DNA of 64,000 nt from Nitrosopumilus sp. (GTDB lineage Archaea > Thermoproteota > Nitrososphaeria > Nitrososphaerales > Nitrosopumilaceae): NCBI GenBank assembly GCA_965224195.1, contig OZ245040.1:1760001-1824000 (forward strand), given 5' to 3'. Shown in pieces: positions 1 through 9,971 of the stretch. Numbering within the stretch: the first letter of the stretch is position 1; each line of letters starts with the position of its first letter. The notes under the pieces are model-generated. The model did no database searches and had not been told where the DNA came from. It saw only the letters and a program-made list of their open reading frames with translations. The translations under genes and the position numbers were made by a program.

Positions 1-1
1 A

Positions 2-508
2 GCCAAAACTAAAAAAATCAAAATCATAAGACAAAAAGTTACAGATACGAAATTCATTTCAAAATTAAACCCCAATTTGATCATAACAACCACAAATGAT
101 AGAAAAATAAATCAGAAAATTATCAACGCTGCAAAAAAGAAAGGTATCATAGTATACAGTTCAGATAATCCTGAAGACAGTGACTTTTCTAATCCTGCAA
201 TCATTGATTTTAAAAATATGATACAGATTGCAATTTTTACGGGAGGAAGAAGTCCAGTAATGTCAAAGAAGATTAAAGAAAAATCAGAAAGAGTACTCAA
301 AAAAATAATTACAAAAGAAGATATTTCACAGATTAAAATTCAAAAAATAGCAAGGAAATTAGCTAAGGAGATTATTGTTACTCAAGAGCAAAGAAAAGAA
401 TGTCTACGTAGTATCATGAGTGATAGTGAGATTGATCAGTTAATAAAAGACGGTCAGGTCAAAAAAGCTGAAAAGCGAGCTATCACAATATTGAAGAATT
501 GGAAATGA
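2..508 (+). CDS. sirC: Precorrin-2 dehydrogenase/sirohydrochlorin ferrochelatase (SirC/CysG N-terminal type), 5'-truncated by the window edge
   Basis: Frame open from base 2; motifs 'DNPEDSDFSNPA' and 'IAIFTGGRSPVMSKKIK'; directly upstream of hemA. Confidence 0.85.
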   Translation, partial: AKTKKIKIIRQKVTDTKFISKLNPNLIITTTNDRKINQKIINAAKKKGIIVYSSDNPEDSDFSNPAIIDFKNMIQIAIFTGGRSPVMSKKIKEKSERVLKKIITKEDISQIKIQKIARKLAKEIIVTQEQRKECLRSIMSDSEIDQLIKDGQVKKAEKRAITILKNWK

Positions 509-1770
509 ATCAAAATATCATCAATGCACGTGTTACTTTTCGTAACTCTCCAATTCACATTCTAGAACAATTTACAATAAAGGACATGAAAAATGCCTAT
601 GAACAATTCAAAAAAGATTCAGGATTGGACGAATGTGTGATTATTCAAACATGTAACAGAATAGAACTATTTGGTAAATCTAAAACATATGATTCAGAAA
701 AGATCAAGAAAACTTGGGCAACAATTACTGGACTTGAAGAAGAGGCATTTAATGATAATATAGAATTTGTAGAAAACCATGATGCATTACATCATTTATT
801 GAAACTAACATCAGGGTTGGATTCCATGGTATTAGGAGAAGAGCAGATTTTAGGACAAATAAAAAATTCCATTACCTCGGCTAGAGAAGTAAAAGCATCA
901 GGGCAGCATCTAAACACTTTGTTTGATAAAGCAATTCGAATAGGAACTAGAATTAGAAATTCAAGTGGAATTGGTGCTGGAGGTATTTCAGTGGGTTCCA
1001 TGGCAGTGAAACTAGCTGAAGAAAACATTGATGAATTAAAAACAAAAAAAGTATTACTCATTGGAACTGGAGAAGTGTCAACGCTGGTTGCAAAATCATT
1101 ACAAAGACGCGGGTATGCATTTGATGTCACTAGTAGAACAATTGGAAGATCAGAAACATTTTGTGAAACAATGGGAGGCAGCCCAATAAAATTTGAAAAT
1201 GTGCTTTCAGGATTTGATAACTATGATGTAATTTTTGTGGCAACAACTGCGCCATATTTTCTAGTTACAAACGAAAAAATTACTGAAGCCATGAAAAATA
1301 AAAGTAAAGGGATGATGATTTTAGATTTATCAAACCCTAGAACTGTAGATGAAAAAGTTGCAACTATCGGCGGTGTAAAACTTATGAATTTAGATCAAAT
1401 TGCAGAAATGGTAGAAAAGAACATGAATGCTAGACTAAACAAGATAAAAACCGTTGAAAATATAATTAATGAGGAAGTCTCTGTATTAGAAGCCTCAATG
1501 AAAAGATTAGATGCAGAACCACTTGTAACAGACGTATTCAAGAATATTGAAAATCTTAGAGAAAAAGAATTACAAAAAGCACTACAAATGCTTAATGAAA
1601 AAGATGAGAAAAAAATCAAGATTATCGAGGAATTAACAAAAGCAGTAGTAGAAAGCATTGTATCGACTCCAATGAATAACATCAGAAAAGCATCAGAGCA
1701 AGGTAATCCAGATGTGGTAGAATTGGCAAGTAAGCTGTTTGACTATAAAAAACAGAATCAAGTAGACTAG
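505..1770 (+). CDS. hemA: Glutamyl-tRNA reductase
   Basis: 'QTCNRIE', 'SGLDSMVLGEEQILGQIK', NADPH-binding 'IGTGEVS', 'DLSNPR'; ATG at 505 overlaps the sirC stop. Confidence 0.97.
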   Translation: MNQNIINARVTFRNSPIHILEQFTIKDMKNAYEQFKKDSGLDECVIIQTCNRIELFGKSKTYDSEKIKKTWATITGLEEEAFNDNIEFVENHDALHHLLKLTSGLDSMVLGEEQILGQIKNSITSAREVKASGQHLNTLFDKAIRIGTRIRNSSGIGAGGISVGSMAVKLAEENIDELKTKKVLLIGTGEVSTLVAKSLQRRGYAFDVTSRTIGRSETFCETMGGSPIKFENVLSGFDNYDVIFVATTAPYFLVTNEKITEAMKNKSKGMMILDLSNPRTVDEKVATIGGVKLMNLDQIAEMVEKNMNARLNKIKTVENIINEEVSVLEASMKRLDAEPLVTDVFKNIENLREKELQKALQMLNEKDEKKIKIIEELTKAVVESIVSTPMNNIRKASEQGNPDVVELASKLFDYKKQNQVD

Positions 1771-1800
1771 GATTATATTTTACCTAAAGAGAATTCCATT

Positions 1801-2781
1801 ATGTCATTTCCAACTAGACGTCTACGTCGACTGAGAACATCAGAGAAGATGAGAGAACTAGTTCAAGAAACAACCCTATCTCCAAAAGATTTCATTTGTC
1901 CAGTATTTGTTCAAGAAGGTTTGGATGAAAAGATCAAAGTTGAATCAATGTCAGAAATTGAAAGATTACCATTAAAGGATGTTAATGAAGAAGTTGCAAC
2001 AATAATAGAATTAGGGATTCCCGCAATCATGCTATTTGGAATTCCATCTCAAAAAGATGAAGCAGGAAGTTCAGCATTTGATGATAATGGGATAGTTCAA
2101 AAAGCAATTTCTCAAATTAGAGAAAAATTTGGAGATAAAATAGTAATCATGGCAGATGTTTGCTTATGTCAATTTACATCTACAGGTCACTGCGGGATTA
2201 TTCAAGGAGATAAAATTGATAATGATTCTAGTTTAGAAACTCTTGCAAAAATTGCAATTAGTCAAGCTAAAGCAGGTGTGGATACAGTATCACCATCTGC
2301 AATGATGGATGGTCAAGTCGCTGCAATTAGAAAGGCACTTGATAAAGAAGGATTTACAGATGTTTCAATAATGTCACATTCTGCAAAACACCGTTCAAAC
2401 TTTTATTCTCCATTCAGAGATGCAGCAGAATGTGCTCCAAAATTTGGAGACAGAAAAACGTACCAAGTTCCATATACAAATGCTAGAGAAGCAATGATGG
2501 AAGTAGAAACAGACATTGAAGAAGGAGTAGACATTGTTATGATTAAACCGGCTTTAGCATATTTAGATTTAATTTCAGAAACTAGAAGAAAATACAATGT
2601 TCCAGTTTCAGCATACAGTGTTTCTGGAGAATATGCATTGGTAAAAGCAGCTTCACAGTTAGGATATGTAAATGAGAAAGACATTACACTAGAAATTCTA
2701 CATTCTATTAAAAGAGCAGGAGCAGACATGATAGTAACATATTTTGCAAAATCAGCTTCTAGATTCCTTCAAGAGTCATGA
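1801..2781 (+). CDS. hemB: Porphobilinogen synthase (ALA dehydratase)
   Basis: 'DVCLCQFTSTGHCG' Zn site, 'SPSAMMDGQV', 'FYSPFRDA', 'MIKPALAYLD'. Confidence 0.97.
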   Translation: MSFPTRRLRRLRTSEKMRELVQETTLSPKDFICPVFVQEGLDEKIKVESMSEIERLPLKDVNEEVATIIELGIPAIMLFGIPSQKDEAGSSAFDDNGIVQKAISQIREKFGDKIVIMADVCLCQFTSTGHCGIIQGDKIDNDSSLETLAKIAISQAKAGVDTVSPSAMMDGQVAAIRKALDKEGFTDVSIMSHSAKHRSNFYSPFRDAAECAPKFGDRKTYQVPYTNAREAMMEVETDIEEGVDIVMIKPALAYLDLISETRRKYNVPVSAYSVSGEYALVKAASQLGYVNEKDITLEILHSIKRAGADMIVTYFAKSASRFLQES

Positions 2782-3089
2782 GAAACGACGAACGTTTTGA
2801 AATTCAAAGAGCATTTGACTTATTGCCACATGTAGTTGGTGCAAGCTGGGCTACTGTTTGGTTTAGAATGAAAGGAATTAAAAAACCAACAAGAGAGGAA
2901 TTTAGAGAGAAAACCTCAGAATATTTGCAACTAATTGAGCCTGTTTTTGATTCATATCCAAATAATGAAGAATTTACAGAGATTGTCAGGTATATCGAAT
3001 CTAGAAAAAATGAAGAATATATCAAAATAAAATTAGGTGAGAATAATGAGATTGAAACTCGATACGACAGATATGTCGATTATGGCTAA
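2778..3089 (+). CDS. Hypothetical protein
   Basis: 103-aa ORF overlapping the hemB stop (ATGA); no recognised motif. Confidence 0.75.
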   Translation: MRNDERFEIQRAFDLLPHVVGASWATVWFRMKGIKKPTREEFREKTSEYLQLIEPVFDSYPNNEEFTEIVRYIESRKNEEYIKIKLGENNEIETRYDRYVDYG

Positions 3090-3718
3090 AGTTCCTGTTT
3101 TAGTTGATTCAAAAATTCTTTGAGTATTTTAGTTCTCTTTTTGGCTTCCATCTTACCTGATTTTGTATTCATTAAAGATTCCAATTTGAATAATTTTTGA
3201 TAAAAATGATCCACAGTCCAAGTTGTATCATCAGGTTTTCTTGTTTTACAAAACGGATCATCAATATTGTAAAATGGTCGTTTTAGTGAACCCCCTGTAG
3301 CAAAAACTCTTGCAATTCCTATCGCACCTATTGCATCTAATCTATCAGCATCTTGAAGGATTTTTCCCACTATACTTTCAGGAGTTTTATTTTGAGAAAA
3401 GCTGTGATCACGTATTGCATTTGAGATAATTAGAATTTCATCATTTGAAAAATCATATTGTTTAAGAATTATTTTTGATTTTTTTGCACTTTCTGTTGAA
3501 GACATTTTTGAACGCTTGTCAGATTTTGGATAAGAAACTATATCATGTAACAATGAAGCACAAAGAACCAATTTTTCATTAGCTTTTTCTTTTTTACATA
3601 TTTTTTGAGCATTTTTGTATACCCTCATCACATGATCAAAATCATGTGCAGAATCATTATCCATGATTTTTTTAACTTCATTTTTAATAGAATTAATAGC
3701 GTTCATTAAATTCTCCAT
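3086..3718 (-). CDS. HD-domain metal-dependent phosphohydrolase
   Basis: 'AHDFDHVMRV', 'LLHDI', 'DHSFS', 'LQDADRLDAIGAIGIAR'. Confidence 0.92.
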   Translation of the reverse strand: MENLMNAINSIKNEVKKIMDNDSAHDFDHVMRVYKNAQKICKKEKANEKLVLCASLLHDIVSYPKSDKRSKMSSTESAKKSKIILKQYDFSNDEILIISNAIRDHSFSQNKTPESIVGKILQDADRLDAIGAIGIARVFATGGSLKRPFYNIDDPFCKTRKPDDTTWTVDHFYQKLFKLESLMNTKSGKMEAKKRTKILKEFLNQLKQEL

Positions 3719-4323
3719 ATTTTTGGTTTGACAAATTTAATTTTTCCTTTGGTAATTAAAAGAGTCCAATTTATAGATGCAAATAGAATAATTAATCCAA
3801 TACCAGCACCATCAATTAATAAAATAGCAGTTAATTTATCTTCAAATAATTCCAAGAATGGAGTTAAAACGGCATTTCCAAAATAAATCATAACAATATA
3901 GGAAATAACTCTACCAAACCAAAATCCAACATAAATTCCCATACTTTTTGCACGCATTAATCCATAAGCAATGAACAACATGTTACTAGGAAGAGGAGTT
4001 GCACCAAACAGAAAAGATGCAATAGCATAACCATATTTTTTATTATTCAAATAATTTCCAATCACATCTAGATTAGATTTTTGTTCGTCTGCAACAAATC
4101 TTCTAAAAACCACACTAATCCGTTTAAGAGCAAACCTACCAATGGTAGCTCCTGTAGCTCCAACCATGGCAAGAATAACTACATTCAATGTTGGATCAAG
4201 AAGATAAAATGATGTTAGAATAATCCAGCTCGGAGGCATTAAGATTGGAGCTGCATTTACTCCAATTAGTACAAGAAAAATTCCAAAATATGAAAATTCT
4301 CCAAAAATTTCTAAAATATCCAT
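3706..4323 (-). CDS. Integral membrane protein (DedA/VTT-like)
   Basis: Several hydrophobic helices; 'GATGATIGR' and 'ATPLPS' motifs. Confidence 0.7.
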   Translation of the reverse strand: MDILEIFGEFSYFGIFLVLIGVNAAPILMPPSWIILTSFYLLDPTLNVVILAMVGATGATIGRFALKRISVVFRRFVADEQKSNLDVIGNYLNNKKYGYAIASFLFGATPLPSNMLFIAYGLMRAKSMGIYVGFWFGRVISYIVMIYFGNAVLTPFLELFEDKLTAILLIDGAGIGLIILFASINWTLLITKGKIKFVKPKIWRI

Positions 4324-4510
4324 GATCTTTCAAAAAATATAGTATTTTTTTTATTTCTAAACCCTTGGATTCACATTCAGTTATAAGAAAATTTCATTAT
4401 GATCTAAAAAATTATAAAAATTACAAGTTTTTTAAGACAATGATCATGTATTGTAAAAAATTGGATCAATGATGCAATATCTTTATAAGCAATTTATGCC
4501 TACTTTGCGT

Positions 4511-4633
4511 ATGTCAGAGATGGTTTGGAAGTGTTTTAGATGCAATCTCTCTTTCAAAGATGACCAAATAGCAAAAATGCATAAAGAAATTTCAGCACAT
4601 TCAGTCACTAAAGTAAAGAGTATTGTCGCATAA
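4511..4633 (+). CDS. 40-aa C2H2 zinc-finger micro-protein (not in ORF track)
   Basis: MSEMVWKCFRCNLSFKDDQIAKMHKEISAHSVTKVKSIVA*; CxxC-x12-H-x5-H; TATA-like TTTATAAG at 4482-4489. Confidence 0.75.
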   Translation: MSEMVWKCFRCNLSFKDDQIAKMHKEISAHSVTKVKSIVA

Positions 4634-4676
4634 TTGCATATTTTTACAAAATATATCAATTTTAATTAAAATTTAG

Positions 4677-4777
4677 TGCAGAGGGTGGGATTCGAACCCA
4701 CGAACTCCTAAGAGAAGGGATTTCCTATTTTGAGGATCTTGAGTCCCTCTCGGTTGACCGGGCTTCGATACCTCTGC
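4677..4777 (-). tRNA. tRNA-Leu(CAA) with 16-nt canonical intron (4722-4737)
   Basis: Acceptor stem GCAGAGG/CCTCTGC, anticodon stem AGGGA/TCCCT with CAA, long variable arm, T-loop TTCGAAT; intron ATCCTCAAAATAGGAA between positions 37 and 38. Confidence 0.93.
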
Positions 4778-4896
4778 AATGAGATTGTGTATTGACCAAT
4801 ATTTCTCGATTGCTATTTGGATAAATTAAAAATTTGATCTATAATTTAGACGATTTTTTAACAAAGCTTATAATCGTGCGCAAATGACTCAAAATT

Positions 4897-5214
4897 ATGT
4901 CAGAATTCATACCAATTTCCGACGCAAAGAAAATGCGAAGTGGAGTTAATGTGGAAGCAGAAGTTGTAAGCAAAGGAGACCCTAGAACTGTTAATCTCAA
5001 AAGTGGAGGAACAGTTGATGTCTGCGATGCAGAAATTGCTAACGAAGATAAATCTGAAGAAAACAAAATGAAACTCACATTGTGGGGTGACGATATCAAA
5101 GCAGTAAATGTTGGAGATAAAGTTGTCATTTCAAATGGATATACTAACGAGTTCAAAGGTGAAGTATCCTTAACCAAAGGCAAATTTGGTAAGATGGATA
5201 TCAATCCTCAATAA
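4897..5214 (+). CDS. ssb: Single-stranded DNA-binding protein (single OB fold)
   Basis: 'VNVEAEVVSKGDPRTV', 'KLTLWGDD', 'VGDKVVISNGY..EFKGEVSL' OB-fold signature. Confidence 0.85.
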   Translation: MSEFIPISDAKKMRSGVNVEAEVVSKGDPRTVNLKSGGTVDVCDAEIANEDKSEENKMKLTLWGDDIKAVNVGDKVVISNGYTNEFKGEVSLTKGKFGKMDINPQ

Positions 5215-5813
5215 TTTCTTTTATTATCTAAATTATTTTTCAAATCTACTAAAATTATAATTGTGCCAATTATTGAAATTATAATTCCCAAAATAAGTAA
5301 GAGCCCGGAAATCAGAAGAGGGAGCACCATATTCATGAGTGGAGAGTTTGGATTTGATAAAGCATCAGAGTTTTCTGGATCTTCTGAAAACATTACAATG
5401 ACATGTACTGGATTTTGACCAATGTTTTTAATTTCAAAATTTAATGTGTCAGATTCAACAGCTTCGATTATTTCAAACAAGCCGGGTTCTGACTGAACAT
5501 ATTCACCGTAACCATCTCCAAAAATATTTGAGATTGTTATAGACAGCATATCACCAGTTTCATATTCAGTCAATTGAACTCCCCAAAGCAAAGGAGAGTT
5601 GTAGGATGATATATCATATGAAACATATACAGACTCACCAGGCACAATTTGTAATTCATCAGTAACCTGATCAAACATTCCATCAAACATAGTAATCATA
5701 GAAATATCATTTGGTCCAGTTACATTAGAAGGGATTGCAGAAGATGCAACAGTGAGTGAAACTCCTACCAAAACTAAACCAACAACTGTAATTATCAAAC
5801 CACGTTTATTCAT
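5208..5813 (-). CDS. Hypothetical membrane protein
   Basis: N-terminal and C-terminal TM helices flanking an acidic beta-rich domain. Confidence 0.75.
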   Translation of the reverse strand: MNKRGLIITVVGLVLVGVSLTVASSAIPSNVTGPNDISMITMFDGMFDQVTDELQIVPGESVYVSYDISSYNSPLLWGVQLTEYETGDMLSITISNIFGDGYGEYVQSEPGLFEIIEAVESDTLNFEIKNIGQNPVHVIVMFSEDPENSDALSNPNSPLMNMVLPLLISGLLLILGIIISIIGTIIILVDLKNNLDNKRNY

Positions 5814-5864
5814 TTTAAAAATAATAAAACAATCCCACTATATGTTATAGAAACAATCTAAAGA

Positions 5865-6746
5865 CTAACGTCTAGATTTCTTTTTAGCAGCAGTCTTTTT
5901 CTTTGCTGGTCTCTTTTTAGCAGCAGTCTTTTTCTTTGCTGGTCTCTTTTTAGCAGCAGTCTTTTTCTTTGCTGGTCTCTTTTTAGCAGCAGTCTTTTTC
6001 TTTGCTGGTCTCTTTTTAGCAGCAGTCTTTTTCTTTGCTGGTCTCTTTTTAGCAGCAGTCTTTTTCTTTGCTGGTCTCTTTTTAGCAGCAGTCTTTTTCT
6101 TTGCCATCAATTCTTTTAATTTTGAATATGCATTGTCCAAGGATTTTTGGGCAGATGCTTCAGATTTAGTTCTTCTTTCTAATTCTTTAAGGAATTTTTG
6201 TGCTCCCTTGTGACTTGAAACTTTAGTTTCACGTAAAGATGGTTTTGATTTAGTTTGTTTTTGAATTTTTGAAACAATTTTTGATTTAATATCAGAGAAA
6301 TCTATAACGTCTCCTGAAATTTTCTTTGCAGTCTTTTGTCTACTTTTAATTTCTTCAACTAATTCACCCACATGATCATTTAATGAGCGTAATCTAGCCT
6401 CGGCATTTTGTTTTTCTAGAGGACTATCAGCGAATTCAATTTCTTGTTCGGCCTGCTCAATTGCCTCTTTTTCTTTAGAGAGACGATCTTCTGCTGTTGC
6501 TATCAATCTTCCAATACTTTCCAATTGAGCATTTTTTCTTAGAAGAACTGTTGAAACATCACCAGATTCTTCACGTTCAAATTCAATTTTTTTATCAATT
6601 GTATGTAAACCAGATGCAGAGCGTTTTTCTGCTGTACGAAATTCTTTAACTTGATTTTCAGCTTTTTGACGAAGTTTTGATGCTTCTTGTTTCTTTTGTC
6701 GTAATTGAATTACTAGTTTTTCTAATGAAGCCAATGAATCAATCAT
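5865..6746 (-). CDS. Coiled-coil protein with histone H1-like Lys/Ala-rich C-terminal repeats
   Basis: Heptad-rich N-terminal ~210 aa followed by (AKKKTAAKKRP)x6 plus a partial unit. Confidence 0.85.
   Translation of the reverse strand: MIDSLASLEKLVIQLRQKKQEASKLRQKAENQVKEFRTAEKRSASGLHTIDKKIEFEREESGDVSTVLLRKNAQLESIGRLIATAEDRLSKEKEAIEQAEQEIEFADSPLEKQNAEARLRSLNDHVGELVEEIKSRQKTAKKISGDVIDFSDIKSKIVSKIQKQTKSKPSLRETKVSSHKGAQKFLKELERRTKSEASAQKSLDNAYSKLKELMAKKKTAAKKRPAKKKTAAKKRPAKKKTAAKKRPAKKKTAAKKRPAKKKTAAKKRPAKKKTAAKKRPAKKKTAAKKKSRR
5880..6104. repeat. Perfect 33-bp tandem repeat, ~6.8 copies
   Basis: Unit tttttagcagcagtctttttctttgctggtctc repeated without substitution; in frame within CDS 5865-6746. 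Confidence 0.95.
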
Positions 6747-6871
6747 GATAAAAGAGTCGGTTAAGTGGTGAATATGACCATGATTTGACTTTCATGTAAA
6801 GAAAATTAACATCATTTGATCGCAAAAATAGATTTTTTAAAAAATATTAGTCAAAAGGAAATAGCAACAAC

Positions 6872-7183
6872 ATGGAATTTCATCCAAAAGATTTGTCAAT
6901 ATCAAAAACATATGATCTAAAAACTGAAAAAGACGCAATTAGTGCAGTTGAAGACATGGTGAATCTAGGGTTTAAAGGAAAAAAAGAAGGATACAAGGTC
7001 TTAATGCCAAAAGAATCAAAACTTGCAAAAAGAATAGGGTATACAGTTACCACTGGAATAACTACAGGATTAAGACAAAAGAAAGAAGACAGAGATATCA
7101 AATATTGGACGTATCATCATGATGATAAACATTATGCAATAGTTCTGATTCATAGAGATGTTTTAACAGAATTAGGTTTTTGA
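6872..7183 (+). CDS. Hypothetical protein
   Basis: 103-aa ORF with ATG start, fills the intergenic space. Confidence 0.75.
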   Translation: MEFHPKDLSISKTYDLKTEKDAISAVEDMVNLGFKGKKEGYKVLMPKESKLAKRIGYTVTTGITTGLRQKKEDRDIKYWTYHHDDKHYAIVLIHRDVLTELGF

Positions 7184-7855
7184 TTTATCAAAAATTTTGT
7201 AAAGTTTAGTTCTCTTGGCCATAACTCCAGCCAACATAACTCCAATTACAGTACCACCGATTACATCCATTGGAAAATGCTCCAAAACATAAAGTCTACT
7301 CAATGAAATCAAAATGGGATACAAGAACATCAGATATGCCCCACGAGGGAACCTTTCAGATAGAGCATATCCCAAAATAATTGCAAATATCATGGACCTG
7401 GCTGCATGGCCAGAAGGGTATGAGGCATCATAACCACCCTCACAAAATAAGGCAAAGGTATCTTTGCTTACAGGGACTGGGAATTGGACGGATTCATATT
7501 CAAAATCAGGCCTATCTCTATCCACACCACATTTTACATAACCAGTAAGTAATGTCGAAATTACAATTAAAATCATTAAAGTGACTCCAACTCTTCTAGT
7601 TCTTGGAATTATCAATATCAAAATTGCAAATCCCAACATCCACAAAGCCTCCCCACTTTCAGTGATAGATTGCATTATGAGATCAAGGGATGGATTTCCA
7701 ATATTTTCAGAAAAAAACAATATAATACTTTGATCAAAATTTTCAGTGATTCCAGAATAAACCAAGGCGGTAAGAATTAGAAATAAAATTGTAAGTAGAA
7801 CAAATGAACGAGACCTAATATCAAAAATCCAATTTTGCAATAAACGAAACCTCAA
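7172..7855 (-). CDS. PAP2-family membrane phosphatase
   Basis: 'KCGVDRDRP', 'SYPSGHA', 'SRLYVLEHFPMDV'. Confidence 0.9.
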   Translation of the reverse strand: MRFRLLQNWIFDIRSRSFVLLTILFLILTALVYSGITENFDQSIILFFSENIGNPSLDLIMQSITESGEALWMLGFAILILIIPRTRRVGVTLMILIVISTLLTGYVKCGVDRDRPDFEYESVQFPVPVSKDTFALFCEGGYDASYPSGHAARSMIFAIILGYALSERFPRGAYLMFLYPILISLSRLYVLEHFPMDVIGGTVIGVMLAGVMAKRTKLYKIFDKSKT

Positions 7856-7977
7856 ACACGTGTCTTTTAATTTTTGTCAATAGATAAGTTTTGAAATTTA
7901 ACAGTAATTCAGAAATAAAATAATGAAATACCTCAGATCGACTCAAAGAATTTAACCAAGGGGGCAATAGACAAGTT

Positions 7978-9186
7978 GTGAAGGTGCTCACGCTAGATGA
8001 TTTTAACCTAAAAGGTAAAACCGTTTTTTTGAGAGTGGACATGAACTGTCCCATAGATCCTGAGACATTAGAGATTTTAGGAACAAAAAGAATTGAAGAA
8101 GCCATTGAAACTTTACAGTCATTAAAAGAAGCAAAAGTTGTCATAGGTTCTCATCAAGGAAGAGTTGGAAATAATGAGTATATAGGAATGGACAAGCATG
8201 CCAAAGTTCTTGAAAAATTAATGGATAGAAAAATAAAATATGTGGAAGATACAATTGGAGAAGCTGCACAGAATGCAATCAAAAATTTAGAAGATGGTGA
8301 AATTTTACTCTTAGATAATCTTCGATTGTGTGCAGAAGAAAATTACGAATTTACTCCAGAAAATGCAGCTAAAACAATCATGGTTTCTCGCTTATCAAAA
8401 TTATTTGATCTATGTGTGTTAGATTCATTTCCAAGTGCCCATAGATCACATCCATCAATAGTTGGATTCCCACAGGTATTACCGGCATGTGCAGGAAGGA
8501 TTGTAGAGAGGGAAGTTAGAAACCTAGACGAAATAATGACAGTTGCCAAAGCACCTCACGTGATTGTCTTAGGAGGATCTAAAATTCCAGACAGGTTAGA
8601 GGCGATTAAACTATTAATTCAGAATGGTCGTGCAGATCATGTTTTGTTAACTGGATTAATTGGCAATGTCTTCATGCGGGCTCAAGCTAGAATAAAATCA
8701 CCACTTGGAATAAAACGAGAAGAAGAAGTTGTTGCAAAGGCACACACATTGATTGGAGAATATCCAGATGTTTTTGCAACACCAGTAGATATTGCAATTG
8801 ACAAAGATGGAGAAAGAATGGAGATGGATGTAAGAGAAATTGGTAAAGGAGACAAGATATTTGATTTAGGTCCAAAGACAGTAGAGTATTATTCAAAATT
8901 AATTGCAGGAGCTGGAACTGTGTTTATTAGTGGACCTGCAGGATTTTTTGAAAAAGAAAACTTCAGTTATGGGACAAAAGCATTACTTAATTCAGTTGCA
9001 AATTCAATGGCAACAACCATTGTAAGTGGTGGACATCTTACTACTGCGTTAAAGCAGCAAGGATTAGCAGATAAAATTAATCATATCAGTACGGCTGGTG
9101 GTGCTCTAGTACTTTATCTCACTGGAGAAAAATTACCAATGATCAAAGCATTAGAAGATGCTGCAATAAAATACAAATCTAAATAG
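7978..9186 (+). CDS. pgk: Phosphoglycerate kinase
   Basis: 'LRVDMNCP', 'SHQGR', 'LLDNLR', 'AHRSHPS', 'LGGSK', 'DLGPKT', 'HISTAGGA'. Confidence 0.97.
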   Translation: MKVLTLDDFNLKGKTVFLRVDMNCPIDPETLEILGTKRIEEAIETLQSLKEAKVVIGSHQGRVGNNEYIGMDKHAKVLEKLMDRKIKYVEDTIGEAAQNAIKNLEDGEILLLDNLRLCAEENYEFTPENAAKTIMVSRLSKLFDLCVLDSFPSAHRSHPSIVGFPQVLPACAGRIVEREVRNLDEIMTVAKAPHVIVLGGSKIPDRLEAIKLLIQNGRADHVLLTGLIGNVFMRAQARIKSPLGIKREEEVVAKAHTLIGEYPDVFATPVDIAIDKDGERMEMDVREIGKGDKIFDLGPKTVEYYSKLIAGAGTVFISGPAGFFEKENFSYGTKALLNSVANSMATTIVSGGHLTTALKQQGLADKINHISTAGGALVLYLTGEKLPMIKALEDAAIKYKSK

Positions 9187-9526
9187 CAGATTTACAAGAG
9201 GGATTTGGACATTGTCTTTCTTCTGATGCTCCAAGATAGACATCATTGTTACAAGCATCACAATGGAATTTTTCAATAGGATCAAATAATTTTAGATATA
9301 CAGTAGTTAAATTCTGAGCAATGTTTCTTGCAAGACCAGAATCACAGATATCTGTAAAAAAGGATTCAGTATCATCAATTATCCAAGAAGGATCTAGATC
9401 ACCATTGGATTTTATGATTTCAAAAATCTCATCATTTGTAAATTTAGAATCAATATCATTGAATTTTTCAAAGATTATTTTCCTAATTTGGAGTGCAATT
9501 GGAACTGTAGGAGTAAAATCACTCAT
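9179..9526 (-). CDS. Hypothetical protein (wHTH-like N-terminus, C-terminal Cys4 motif)
   Basis: CDAC...CPNPSC; last gene of the suf cluster. Confidence 0.75.
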   Translation of the reverse strand: MSDFTPTVPIALQIRKIIFEKFNDIDSKFTNDEIFEIIKSNGDLDPSWIIDDTESFFTDICDSGLARNIAQNLTTVYLKLFDPIEKFHCDACNNDVYLGASEERQCPNPSCKSAI

Positions 9527-9527
9527 G

Positions 9528-9971
9528 CTAGTACAGATTATCTGCCTCTTCTTTTAGTTTATCCACATCTTGAGTTTCACTTAGATTCTTTCCGATGTAG
9601 GTATAAAGAGCAGATTTGAGTACTTTGAGAGAGAGTAGGGCACATTTGATTCGAACAGCTTGTAGATGTTCAAGGCCTAATTCACCCAGAACATCATTTT
9701 TTTCAATTGCCCTTGCTTCATCAATGGTTTTTCCTTTTGTAATTTCTGTCAAAACTGAAGAACATGCCATGCAAATTGCACAACCTTTTCCATGAAATTT
9801 AATATCAGTAACTTTGTCTTCATCAATTTTCATATCAATGTCAATACTATCTCCACATAACGGATTAGAATCATGGAAAGTGACATCATGATTTTCAATT
9901 TCGCCATAGTTTATCGGATTTCTGGAATAATCAACAATCATCTCATGGTAAATGTCTGCATTACCACTCAT
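9528..9971 (-). CDS. sufU: SufU/IscU-type Fe-S scaffold or sulfur-transfer protein
   Basis: 'NPLCGD', 'GKGCAICMACSS', 'RIKCALL'. Confidence 0.92.
   Translation of the reverse strand: MSGNADIYHEMIVDYSRNPINYGEIENHDVTFHDSNPLCGDSIDIDMKIDEDKVTDIKFHGKGCAICMACSSVLTEITKGKTIDEARAIEKNDVLGELGLEHLQAVRIKCALLSLKVLKSALYTYIGKNLSETQDVDKLKEEADNLY

Noticed and set aside
5880-6104. 33-bp repeats as a CRISPR array
   Set aside because: Units are head-to-tail with no spacers, lie in frame in a CDS, and no cas genes are present
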